Source: Candidatus Woesebacteria bacterium GW2011_GWA1_38_8 (GTDB taxonomy: Bacteria; Patescibacteriota; Microgenomatia; UBA8517). Taken from it: a DNA stretch of 64,000 nucleotides. Shown piece by piece: positions 18,331 through 27,574 of this stretch; positions within the stretch are counted from its first letter, which is position 1, and each line of letters begins with the position of its first letter. Below the pieces are notes generated by a model, which saw only the letters and a list, made by a program, of their open reading frames with translations, made no database searches and was not told where the DNA came from. The translations under genes were made by a program, and so were the position numbers. Where the stretch lies: the NCBI GenBank assembly GCA_000993025.1, contig LBVJ01000001.1, positions 29,699-93,698 of the forward strand, given 5' to 3'.

Positions 18331-19317
18331 ATGTCCACACTTTCTTACATATTTAGCCACTATCTGCTGCCAGGTTATTCAAATAATCAAAAGGCAAAAT
18401 TACTGCATAATTCAACATTATTGTCTTTAATACTGTTTTTAGCTTTAGGAAGACTGATATTTCAAAATCTTCCCGGGTTGGGGATCGGAGTTCTGGGTTT
18501 TGCGTCACAACTTCCTGTAGAAGAGATAGTAAGATTGACCAATGAAAAGAGATCTCAAGTTGGTATGGGAAATCTTGTATATAACCCGACGCTTTCACAA
18601 GCGGCAAAAGCGAAGGGTGAAGATATGCTGGCAAAGGACTACTGGGCGCATGTTGCCCCTGATGGAACTCAACCGTGGAAATTTTTTACCGATGTTGGAT
18701 ATAAATACAAATATGCAGGAGAGAACTTGGCAAAGGACTTTTCTTCGCCATCATCAGCAATAGAAGCTTGGATGGCTTCATCTTCACATAAAGAGAATAT
18801 GCTGTCATCCAAATATGACGAGATCGGCATCGCTGTAGTAGAAGGAGATATGAATGGTGTGGATACAACCATTATTGTACAGCTTTTCGGAAAGAGATAT
18901 GAATCAAATATTGCAGCGGTAACATCCGAAATATCGGCAAAAACTGAAGTCGTGAAGAAAATAGAAGTAGAAATAACTCCAATTCCTTCTCCAACATTTA
19001 TTCCTCTTCCAACCGTTTCGGAAATAGTAAATAACAGAAATGACATAGAAGAAATAGGTGAATATACGTATAAGGAACCAACATACTTTCAAGTCTTAAT
19101 ATCACCCTTTTCCGTCAAAAAAGGGTTTTCTACAATTCTAACCCTGATCCTAATCATTGCTTTTATAATCGATGGTGCATTTCTGGTTAAAGGGAAAGCA
19201 TTGAGGGTCGGAGGCAGGACCTTTGCCCATATAATATTTTTGTGCTTAATATTTACTTTAATTATTTTATTTCAGTCGGGGGAACTAATGCCTCCCATAA
19301 CAGATTCGACAAAATAA
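18331..19317 (+). CDS. CAP/SCP/PR-1-like (YkwD-like) domain protein, membrane-anchored at both ends
   Basis: CAP core NPTLSQAAKAKGEDMLAKDYWAHVAPDG...YKYAGENLAKDFSSPSSAIEAWMASSSHKENMLSSKYDEIGIAVV (HxxP.G...GEN, SxxHxxN motifs). N-terminal signal/TM and C-terminal TM segments. Confidence 0.7.
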   Translation: MSTLSYIFSHYLLPGYSNNQKAKLLHNSTLLSLILFLALGRLIFQNLPGLGIGVLGFASQLPVEEIVRLTNEKRSQVGMGNLVYNPTLSQAAKAKGEDMLAKDYWAHVAPDGTQPWKFFTDVGYKYKYAGENLAKDFSSPSSAIEAWMASSSHKENMLSSKYDEIGIAVVEGDMNGVDTTIIVQLFGKRYESNIAAVTSEISAKTEVVKKIEVEITPIPSPTFIPLPTVSEIVNNRNDIEEIGEYTYKEPTYFQVLISPFSVKKGFSTILTLILIIAFIIDGAFLVKGKALRVGGRTFAHIIFLCLIFTLIILFQSGELMPPITDSTK

Positions 19318-19320
19318 TAT

Positions 19321-19572
19321 ATGAAGGACAAATATCGGATCACGCACTATTTACCCTTGATTTCTGTGTTGCTTGCTACATTATTGGGTTTGTTTTTATT
19401 TCCCTACGACAAATCTATGCGAGTCTCGCTCACTGTGGCCATGGGAATCTCTTATGTAACTTGGGGAATTGTTCACCACTATATTCACAGAGATCTGAAT
19501 ATGGAAGTGGCGCTGGAATATTTGTTGATCGCAATATTTGGTGTATCCGCCGCGATCTTTGTTTTGATGTAA
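19321..19572 (+). CDS. Small two-TM membrane protein (hypothetical)
   Basis: 83 aa, two hydrophobic helices. Starts one codon after the TAA of the CAP gene, in the same frame. Confidence 0.35.
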   Translation: MKDKYRITHYLPLISVLLATLLGLFLFPYDKSMRVSLTVAMGISYVTWGIVHHYIHRDLNMEVALEYLLIAIFGVSAAIFVLM

Positions 19573-19578
19573 GAGTGT

Positions 19579-20472
19579 TTAGGATTGATCGAGGTTTTTG
19601 AGGAATTCAGAAAAGTCTTTTCCGATATCTGATCTTTCAAGGGCAAACAAGACTTGGGTTTGCATATAACGAAGCGGATCACCTGTCGTCAGCCATTTTC
19701 CTTCAATAGGTTGAGCTATAACTTTTTTGCCGGATTGCGCAAGATTATTGAGAACATCAGTGATCCAAAGCTCATTATCCTTTCCGGTAGAAGTGTTTTT
19801 AACTTCTTTTATTACGTCATAACTGAAAACAAACCGTCCAAATTGAGCCATATTCGATGGGTTTTTCCCCAATGGCATTTTTTCAAGAATGGTAGAAATT
19901 TCATAGTTTTTTTCCTTGTTCTTATATTTTACGGTTCCATATCGTTCCACATCAATGTCGGGTACTTCCTGTACAGCCAGAACAGCAGATGGAGAATTAT
20001 TGTAAAAAACATCAATAAGCTGTCTGGTAACGGGCTTTTTAGAAATCGTCAGATCATCGCCGAACATATAAACAACCGATTCATAATTGTCGATAAGGGG
20101 AGCAGCAACCAGTAAAGGGGTACCGTTCCCGTAAGGCAGATTTTTTTTCTGCCGGACGTAGACAAAGTTGGCCATCTGCGGAATATCCCTGACTTTTTTT
20201 AAGAGATCATCTTTACCATTTTTATCGAGCATATATTCAAGTTCCAATGAACTATCGAAGTAATCCTCCATAATTCCTTGTCCGGATCTTGTGACAATGA
20301 TAATGTCTGTGATTCCAGATGAAACACATTCTTCAACCAAATGATGAATTATCGGTTTATCAATTATCGGAAGCATTTCTTTCGGTTGATTTTTTGTTGC
20401 AGGCAAGAAGCGTGTTCCATAACCTGCTGCAGCTATTATTGCTTTTTTTATCTTTCTTCTATTGGTTTTCAC
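19579..20472 (-). CDS. galU: UTP--glucose-1-phosphate uridylyltransferase GalU
   Basis: KKAIIAAAGYGTRFLPATKNQPKEMLPIIDKPIIHHLVEE is the canonical GalU N-terminus. I place the start at GTG (complement of 20470-20472), 9 nt downstream of a TATAAT. The ORF-track start at 20574 adds an unconserved 34-aa extension and would overlap the divergent ykuK-like gene. Confidence 0.75.
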   Translation of the reverse strand: MKTNRRKIKKAIIAAAGYGTRFLPATKNQPKEMLPIIDKPIIHHLVEECVSSGITDIIIVTRSGQGIMEDYFDSSLELEYMLDKNGKDDLLKKVRDIPQMANFVYVRQKKNLPYGNGTPLLVAAPLIDNYESVVYMFGDDLTISKKPVTRQLIDVFYNNSPSAVLAVQEVPDIDVERYGTVKYKNKEKNYEISTILEKMPLGKNPSNMAQFGRFVFSYDVIKEVKNTSTGKDNELWITDVLNNLAQSGKKVIAQPIEGKWLTTGDPLRYMQTQVLFALERSDIGKDFSEFLKNLDQS

Positions 20473-20533
20473 AGTATGTAAATTATACCACAATAATTTG
20501 CTGTAAATATGAAAAAAGACGTATAATTCCAGC

Positions 20534-21031
20534 ATGGAAAATGGAAATATATTTAATAGTCCGAACGGAAACATTTACAATACCGGCGAACTCTTAAGGG
20601 AAATAAAATACTTTGTAGATGAACAACCTGCAGAATTTTATTCACTGATCATAGGCACTGACTCACAAACAAAGAGAATAAATGGAGTTTCAGAAATTGA
20701 TTTTGTTACCGCAATAATAATCTACAGGAAGAAAAAGGGGGCTAGATATTTTTGGACTAAAAAACAAGAGATAAAAAAAGCCGTCTTAAGAGATAAGATC
20801 TATACAGAGACTCTATTGAGTCTTGAATATGCGGAAAGTATAGTGCCTGAAATCAGAGGAATCATACCGCCCTCGAAGTACGACCTTGAAATACATATCG
20901 ATGTTGGACCATTTGGTAAAACAAGAAACATGATCCGTGAGGTAGTTGGTATGGTGACCGGAAATGGTTATGTCGCGAAAACTAAACCTGAAAGTTGGGG
21001 AGCAAGTTCGGTTGCTGATAAGCATACTTGA
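20534..21031 (+). CDS. YkuK-family (DUF458) RNase H-like protein
   Basis: 165 aa; SLIIGTDSQTKRINGVSEIDFVTAIIIY matches the GTDSQ-containing YkuK signature as remembered. Confidence 0.45.
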   Translation: MENGNIFNSPNGNIYNTGELLREIKYFVDEQPAEFYSLIIGTDSQTKRINGVSEIDFVTAIIIYRKKKGARYFWTKKQEIKKAVLRDKIYTETLLSLEYAESIVPEIRGIIPPSKYDLEIHIDVGPFGKTRNMIREVVGMVTGNGYVAKTKPESWGASSVADKHT

Positions 21032-21106
21032 CCAAGCTGCGCTTGTTAATTTCTAATTTTTAATTACTAATTTCTAAATATTTATTTTTGGGGTAATATT
21101 ACACTC

Positions 21107-21829
21107 ATGAAAGGAATAATATTGGCCGGGGGAAAGGGAACAAGGCTGCGTCCCTTAACAATAATTACCTGTAAACAGCTTCTTCCTGTTTACGACAAAC
21201 CAATGATATATTATCCGATCAACACTCTGGTCACCTCAGGAATAAAGGACATCTTAATAATAATCGCTCCTGAATATTCAGGACATTTCTTAAATTTACT
21301 TGGATCGGGAAAAGAATTCGGAGCGCGCTTCAGTTACGCAATTCAAGATGAGCCCAGAGGTCTTGCAGACGCTTTTATAGTGGGAGAGGATTTTATCGAT
21401 AATGACAACGTCACTCTTATCTTGGGCGACAATATTTTTGAAAAGGATTTTTCAACGGAAATTGGTTCGTTTAAATCAGGTGGAATGGTTTTTGCGAAAA
21501 AAGTTTCTGACCCTGAAAGATTCGGTGTTGTAGAGTTTGATAAAAAAATGAAAGCAACAAAGATCGTTGAAAAACCTAAAGATCCAAAGAGTGATTATGC
21601 AGTTGTTGGGCTTTATGTTTATGACAAAAATGTGGTTAAAAATGCCAAGAATCTCAAACCCTCCGATCGTAGAGAGATCGAAATTACCGATCTTAATAAT
21701 CTATATTTAAAAGAGGATAATCTGAAAGTGAATATTTTTGACGGGATTTGGGAAGACGCAGGGGATTTTGACAGCTTGTTAAGGGTGAGTAATTATATGG
21801 CAGGAAAAGCAGCAAGAATTAAGGGATGA
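21107..21829 (+). CDS. rmlA: Glucose-1-phosphate thymidylyltransferase (short-form RmlA-like sugar nucleotidyltransferase)
   Basis: MKGIILAGGKGTRLRPLT (G-x-G-T-R-L) nucleotidyltransferase motif; 240 aa; heads a rmlABCD block. Confidence 0.75.
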   Translation: MKGIILAGGKGTRLRPLTIITCKQLLPVYDKPMIYYPINTLVTSGIKDILIIIAPEYSGHFLNLLGSGKEFGARFSYAIQDEPRGLADAFIVGEDFIDNDNVTLILGDNIFEKDFSTEIGSFKSGGMVFAKKVSDPERFGVVEFDKKMKATKIVEKPKDPKSDYAVVGLYVYDKNVVKNAKNLKPSDRREIEITDLNNLYLKEDNLKVNIFDGIWEDAGDFDSLLRVSNYMAGKAARIKG

Positions 21830-21878
21830 GTAATAAGTGAGAAGTACGGGGAAAAGAATGAATGTGGTCAAAAAGATT

Positions 21879-21905
21879 TTTCTAGTACTTAGTTTCTAGT
21901 ACCTA
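21879..21905. promoter_or_regulatory. Tandem near-palindromic 13-nt repeat (TTCTAGTACNTAG x2) just upstream of rmlB
   Basis: ttctagtacttag-t-ttctagtacctag; each unit centred on the palindromes CTAG/GTAC. 15 nt upstream of the rmlB ATG. Confidence 0.25.
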
Positions 21906-21920
21906 GTATATATCGAACTT

Positions 21921-22925
21921 ATGAATTTATTAGTTACAGGAGGGGCTGGCTTTATCGGAAATAATTTTATTCGATATTGGCTTAATAAATATCCGAAAGA
22001 TAAAATATTAAATTTTGACAAGCTCACATATGCAGGACATATCAGTTCCACAAGAGATTTTTCCCAAAATAATAATTACGAATTTATAAAGGGAGATGTA
22101 TGTGACGCAAAAGCAGTAGACGAAGCAGTAAAAAAAACTGACACCATAGTTCACTTTGCTGCAGAAAGCCACGTGGATCGTTCAATACTTGACCCTTTGG
22201 TGTTTGTTCACACAAATGTCATGGGAACACAGGTTTTACTCGAAGCTGCTGTTAAGTATAAGATCAACAGATTTCATCACGTTTCCACTGATGAAGTTTT
22301 TGGTGAGCTTAAATTGGGAACTAATAAAAAATTTAATGAAACCACTCAATATGACCCCAAAAGTCCATATTCTGCCAGTAAAGCGGCTTCAGACCATTTG
22401 GTGAGAGCTTATGGGAAAACATATTCCCTACCGATCACGATATCAAACTGCTCTAATAATTACGGACCCTTTCAGGATCCCGAAAAATTTATACCTCGTG
22501 CAGTAACGAATTTAATTGACGGTAAATCTGTTCCTATATATGGAGACGGTAAATATACACGTGATTGGCTGTATGTTGAAGACCATGTAAGAGCAATAGA
22601 GACCATATTAACAAAAGGAAAGGCTGGAGAGACTTATCTTATAGGAGGATTGACTGAGGATATTAATAATTTAGAGGTTGTTAGAATGATATTAAAAATA
22701 TTAAATATAAATGGGTCATACATAAAATATGTAAAGGACAGAGCAGCGCATGACAGAAGATATGCAGTCGATTGGAGGAAAATTCATAGTAAATTGAAAT
22801 GGAAACCTATGTATGGTTTTGATACGTGGCTTGAAAAAACAGTTGAATGGTATAAAAATAACGAATGGTGGTGGAGGCCGTTAAAGAAAAAGGCTGAAGT
22901 ATTTTATAGAAATACCGAAAAATGA
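21921..22925 (+). CDS. rmlB: dTDP-glucose 4,6-dehydratase
   Basis: TGGAGFIGNNF Rossmann motif; catalytic YSASKAASD (YxxxK); SDR extended family; 334 aa. Confidence 0.9.
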   Translation: MNLLVTGGAGFIGNNFIRYWLNKYPKDKILNFDKLTYAGHISSTRDFSQNNNYEFIKGDVCDAKAVDEAVKKTDTIVHFAAESHVDRSILDPLVFVHTNVMGTQVLLEAAVKYKINRFHHVSTDEVFGELKLGTNKKFNETTQYDPKSPYSASKAASDHLVRAYGKTYSLPITISNCSNNYGPFQDPEKFIPRAVTNLIDGKSVPIYGDGKYTRDWLYVEDHVRAIETILTKGKAGETYLIGGLTEDINNLEVVRMILKILNINGSYIKYVKDRAAHDRRYAVDWRKIHSKLKWKPMYGFDTWLEKTVEWYKNNEWWWRPLKKKAEVFYRNTEK

Positions 22926-22929
22926 TTAT

Positions 22930-23547
22930 ATGAAGTGTAAAAACTTGGACGTAAATAAATTAAAAGTAAGTTGTGAACCATACATAATCGACACTCCTAT
23001 AGAAGGAGTTTTTGCCGTTAAACGTCCAAGATACGGTGATTCCCGTGGCAGTTTTCAAGAACTTTTGAGAATTCCGGATATTTCCAAACGATTTCAAGAA
23101 ACACAGATAGATCAATCTCAAATATCTGTATCGAAAGTTAATGTCTTACGGGGGATCCATGCAGAACCCAGAGACAAGATCATTACACCAATTTTAGGTA
23201 GGATGGCGGCGGTGGTTGTTGATTTAAGGGTTGAATCACCGACTTTTAAAATGTGGGTTCGTTTTGATTTTGATAATACAAATCCTGAAAATGAATTTAC
23301 CACTCTTTTTGTTCCTTCAGGATGCGGAAATTCTCTTTGTGTGTACAAAAAATCCGATGATGCAGGGGATGGTACTGTAATTTACCATTATACCTACAGT
23401 AGTATTTATGATCCTAAGTGGTCGGGATCGGGAGTCAGATATAATGATCCCCAACTTGATATTATTTGGCCGATTAAAAATCCCGTTTTATCCAATAGAG
23501 ACAAGGAACTTCCACTGCTTGACGAATTTATTGTAAAATACCGATGA
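22930..23547 (+). CDS. rmlC: dTDP-4-dehydrorhamnose 3,5-epimerase-like cupin (RmlC)
   Basis: 205 aa cupin with DSRGSFQE and GIHAEPRDK region resembling RmlC active-site segments; positioned between rmlB and rmlD. Confidence 0.65.
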   Translation: MKCKNLDVNKLKVSCEPYIIDTPIEGVFAVKRPRYGDSRGSFQELLRIPDISKRFQETQIDQSQISVSKVNVLRGIHAEPRDKIITPILGRMAAVVVDLRVESPTFKMWVRFDFDNTNPENEFTTLFVPSGCGNSLCVYKKSDDAGDGTVIYHYTYSSIYDPKWSGSGVRYNDPQLDIIWPIKNPVLSNRDKELPLLDEFIVKYR

Positions 23548-24449
23548 ATGATAAGGTGCTAATTACAGGTTCCGACGGAATGGTCGGCTCAAGGTTTGTT
23601 GAACTATATCCAAATAAAAACGAACTGCTTGCTCCAACAATCGCCGAATTTGACCTGTTGAATCCTCATTCGATGGAAAGATATCTGAAAAATAACCCGG
23701 TTTCGTCTGTAATTAATTTTGCAGCCTATACGGATGTGAGAGAAGCAGAGAAAGATAGAGGAAATGAAAATGGACTGTGCTGGAATATAAACATTAAGGG
23801 AATAAAAAATCTGGTTAGTCTATTCGGATCGAAAGTTCATCTTGTACATATTTCAACCGATATGGTATTTAGCGGAAGTAAAGATGATAAGGGACCTTAT
23901 AAAGAGGTACGATGTCCCGAGCGGGATCCGAGCAAGGTTACATGGTATGGTTATACCAAAGGGGAAGGTGAGAATATTATAAGAGAGGCGGATATTAGTT
24001 CAACAATAATAAGAATAATATATCCGGTCAGGGCAAAATATGATAATAAATCAGATTATCTGAGAAAACATTTGAAGCTATATAATGATGATGCATTGTA
24101 TCCGATGTTTAGTGATCAGAAAATATCTGTCACCTTTATTGATGAATTATGTACGACTATCGGTAAAATATTATCCGATAAAATACGTGGTGTCTATCAT
24201 TGTTCCTCAAGTGATACTACCACACCTTATGAACTGATCAGTTATTTAATTGAGGCTAAATATGGAGTGAAAAATACCGTGAAAAGTGCATCTATACATG
24301 AATTTTTGAGAACTTCGGATAATCCACTGAGATATCCCATATTCGGAGGATTAAAATGCGGCATTTCACAAAAAGCACTTGGTATCAGGTATTCCACTTG
24401 TAAGCAGATCGTGAACAAATTGATCGGGCAAAATATTTCTCCTAGATAA
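23544..24449 (+). CDS. rmlD: dTDP-4-dehydrorhamnose reductase (RmlD-like SDR)
   Basis: N-terminal VLITGSDGMVGSRF NAD(P)-binding motif, YGYTKGEGE (YxxxK); 301 aa; last gene of the rml block. Confidence 0.7.
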   Translation: MNDKVLITGSDGMVGSRFVELYPNKNELLAPTIAEFDLLNPHSMERYLKNNPVSSVINFAAYTDVREAEKDRGNENGLCWNINIKGIKNLVSLFGSKVHLVHISTDMVFSGSKDDKGPYKEVRCPERDPSKVTWYGYTKGEGENIIREADISSTIIRIIYPVRAKYDNKSDYLRKHLKLYNDDALYPMFSDQKISVTFIDELCTTIGKILSDKIRGVYHCSSSDTTTPYELISYLIEAKYGVKNTVKSASIHEFLRTSDNPLRYPIFGGLKCGISQKALGIRYSTCKQIVNKLIGQNISPR

Positions 24450-24593
24450 TTTCATAACAGACCTTCATTCTTTTTTTACCACATTAATACTACTCTTCCA
24501 TAGTGCATAATAAATTGTATTATAGGATTATTTGTTATATAATATACCTCACTTTACAGGCTCGTACGGTATTTCTTAAACGAATTATAAGAT

Positions 24594-27572
24594 ATGGATA
24601 AATACATAATAAATATATATACAAGCAGCGATATTTCATGGAGAACTAAAGTCTATTTGAAGAAGATCGGACGATTATTTACTGGTAATAAAAATGTTTC
24701 AGTGCCGATGGGTGCTGTCTTTAACAAAAGGAACAGATACGAAAAAAATAATATTGTTTATGAAACATATAATGGACTTGAAAAAGAATTCTCGGCTTTT
24801 GAAACCCTGACTGATGGTCAGAAATTATATTGGTCGATAGTTATAATTTCTCTTTTGATCCTGGGACTAATTAATATTCACTTCATGCTTGTTCTTATAG
24901 TCGGCTCTTTGACGTTTATCTACTTTGCCGATTTTTTGTTTACGCTTCTTATTATTGCGCGGTCATTTGCAAATAAATCGGAAATTAAATTCACAAATGA
25001 TGAGCTCGTCGAATTGGATGATTTCACTCTTCCAAGATACACGATACTGTGCCCGCTTTATAAGGAATGGGAGGTAATTGAACAATTTGTAAGATCAATA
25101 GAGATCATCGATTGGCCGAAGGACAAACTTGAAGTAATACTCCTTCTCGAGGAAGACGATACAAAAACAATTAATAAGGCATATGATCTTAATTTACCTT
25201 CCTATTTTCGAATCGAGGTAGTACCAAACTCGCTTCCGAAAACAAAACCAAAGGCATGTAATTATGGCTTGTCTAAAACTACGGGAGAATTTGTTGTCGT
25301 ATATGATGCTGAGGATAAGCCGGATCCCCTTCAGCTTAAAAAAGCCTACCTTGCATTTTCAAGGCTTCCGGAGAACGTTTCGTGCCTGCAATCGAAACTG
25401 AATTACTATAACCAGAACCAGAATATTTTAACAAGGCTATTTACGGCAGAATATTCTTATTGGTTTAATATTGCCCTAACCGGTCTTCAGACATTGAATA
25501 CAATTATTCCTCTTGGAGGGACAAGCAACCATTTTAGGACACCTTTTCTTAAAGATCTGCAGGGGTGGGATCCTTTCAATGTGACCGAGGATTGCGATCT
25601 CGGTACGAGGCTTTTTAAAAAGGGATATAGGACATCCGTTATTGATTCCGAAACGCTCGAAGAGGCAAATTCCAATATTAAAAGTTGGCTCAAACAGAGA
25701 TCGCGATGGATTAAGGGCTACATGCAGACATATCTTGTTCACATGAGAAATCCTATGGAATTTTTAATCAGATATAAACACCACGCTTTACTTTTTCAAT
25801 TGATCATCGGAATGAGAATGGTCTTTATTATTATAAATCCGATCCTATGGCTGATGACTATAGCGTATTTTTCAATGTATCCGGTATTTGGACCTTTTAT
25901 CGAATCGTTATATCCATGGTACATCTTCTATCCGGCTGTATTTTGTCTGATTTTTGCGAATTTTACGTATTTGTATTCATTCATGATCGCATCGGCTAAA
26001 AAAGACAAATGGGAACTTATCCAATACATATTTCTGATGCCTTTTTACTGGCTACTGACAAGTATCTCAGCCGGAATCGCATTTCATCAACTTATAACTA
26101 ACCCATACTATTGGGAAAAGACTAAACATGGGCTTCATTTGGGTAAAAATGAATCGGTTGATAAGGTGTCGGGTATACTGGATATCACAACTACTCCCGT
26201 CTTTCAATTTCCTTACTTTAAATATTTACAAGGCTTTCCGGGTAAATTTATTGTGTCGATTAGGTTGGTGATAAATTTCAAACCTATGGGGATAAAAATA
26301 TCGACCATATCCTTAAGGGAATTAATTTATACGGCAAAAGCATCGCTATACATTAATATTATATCTTTCATCAAACTATTCGGAAATGTAAATATCTCAC
26401 GTCCGCATAATAATAAACAAAACATATTGATCCTGAACTGGAGAGATGTCGGACATGTATGGAAAGGCGGAGCGGAAGTATATGTTCAGGAAATCGCAGA
26501 AAGATGGGTAAAGGGTGGATATGGAGTTACGATCCTCAGCGGAAATGACGGTAATTCCATGTACGATGAAAAAATACACGGTGTAAATATTATGAGAAGG
26601 GGTGGGTTTTTTACCCTGTATCTGTGGGTTTTGATATATTATGTATTCCGACTCCGAAAACATTTTGACCTTATTGTTGATTGTGAAAACGGGATACCCT
26701 TCTTTTCACCCCTGTACAGTACGCTTCCGAAAATTCTTCTCATCCATCATGTCCATCAACAGATCTTCAGGGAAAATTTACCGCTTCCATTCTCCTGGCT
26801 GGCAATGTTTCTGGAGTCGCGTGTCATGAAATATGTCTATAGATCAACAAAAATTGTGACGGTTTCCGAATCAAGTAAAGCCGACATCGCCGGACTTGGG
26901 CTTTCAAAGATCGAGGATATTGAAATAGTAACCCCGGGTATAAACCTCAGGAATTTCAGGAAACTTAAAAAATACACATTTCCCACCTATTCATATCTGG
27001 GTAGATTGATGCCCTATAAAAATATTGATATTTTAATAAAGGCATTTAAAGAAGTGTTACAAAGTGTTCCGGATGCAAAACTTATCATTGCTGGAAGGGG
27101 TCAGTACGAAGAACATCTCAATAGACTTGTTCATAAACTTGATATAGAAAGATTTGTTGAATTTAAGGGTTATGTCAGCGAAAATGAAAAGAGAGAGATC
27201 TTGGGTAGAAGCTGGTTTCTGGTCCAGCCTTCGTCATTTGAAGGTTGGGGAATGACAGTAACAGAGTCAAACGCTGCGGGTACGCCTGTGATCGCGTCAA
27301 ACACCGCAGGATTGAGGGATTCCGTACTAGACGGGCAAACCGGAATACTGGTTAAAACGAAAAGCGTTAAAGAATTGGCAAGATCGATGATAGCGCTGAC
27401 AGAAATGGATGGATTCAGAGAAAGGATTTCAAGAAATGCATATGATTGGTCACGCAAATATTCTTGGAATGTTTCTGCAAGGTTATTTATAAATATACTA
27501 AACAGAGAATCCGTCTCTCCTGCACTAGTTGAGGAGGGTTCAGCAAGCTCAGTGGCGTATTTGGAGGAATAA
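24594..27572 (+). CDS. Bifunctional membrane glycosyltransferase: processive-type GT2 synthase domain (DxD, QxxRW) fused to a C-terminal GT4 domain
   Basis: 992 aa. N-terminal TMs; GT2 core with YDAEDKPD (DxD) and QRSRWIKG (QxxRW), followed by 4-5 TM helices as in cellulose/hyaluronan/NodC-type synthases. Residues ~600-990 form a GT4 domain (EGWGMTVTESNAAGTPVIASNTAGLRDSV). Confidence 0.7.
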   Translation: MDKYIINIYTSSDISWRTKVYLKKIGRLFTGNKNVSVPMGAVFNKRNRYEKNNIVYETYNGLEKEFSAFETLTDGQKLYWSIVIISLLILGLINIHFMLVLIVGSLTFIYFADFLFTLLIIARSFANKSEIKFTNDELVELDDFTLPRYTILCPLYKEWEVIEQFVRSIEIIDWPKDKLEVILLLEEDDTKTINKAYDLNLPSYFRIEVVPNSLPKTKPKACNYGLSKTTGEFVVVYDAEDKPDPLQLKKAYLAFSRLPENVSCLQSKLNYYNQNQNILTRLFTAEYSYWFNIALTGLQTLNTIIPLGGTSNHFRTPFLKDLQGWDPFNVTEDCDLGTRLFKKGYRTSVIDSETLEEANSNIKSWLKQRSRWIKGYMQTYLVHMRNPMEFLIRYKHHALLFQLIIGMRMVFIIINPILWLMTIAYFSMYPVFGPFIESLYPWYIFYPAVFCLIFANFTYLYSFMIASAKKDKWELIQYIFLMPFYWLLTSISAGIAFHQLITNPYYWEKTKHGLHLGKNESVDKVSGILDITTTPVFQFPYFKYLQGFPGKFIVSIRLVINFKPMGIKISTISLRELIYTAKASLYINIISFIKLFGNVNISRPHNNKQNILILNWRDVGHVWKGGAEVYVQEIAERWVKGGYGVTILSGNDGNSMYDEKIHGVNIMRRGGFFTLYLWVLIYYVFRLRKHFDLIVDCENGIPFFSPLYSTLPKILLIHHVHQQIFRENLPLPFSWLAMFLESRVMKYVYRSTKIVTVSESSKADIAGLGLSKIEDIEIVTPGINLRNFRKLKKYTFPTYSYLGRLMPYKNIDILIKAFKEVLQSVPDAKLIIAGRGQYEEHLNRLVHKLDIERFVEFKGYVSENEKREILGRSWFLVQPSSFEGWGMTVTESNAAGTPVIASNTAGLRDSVLDGQTGILVKTKSVKELARSMIALTEMDGFRERISRNAYDWSRKYSWNVSARLFINILNRESVSPALVEEGSASSVAYLEE

Positions 27573-27574
27573 AT

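Noticed and set aside
19579-20574. Long form of galU starting at ATG 20574
   Set aside because: It adds a 34-aa unconserved hydrophobic extension and would overlap the divergently transcribed ykuK-like gene start (20534). The GTG at 20472, preceded by TATAAT, gives the canonical GalU N-terminus.
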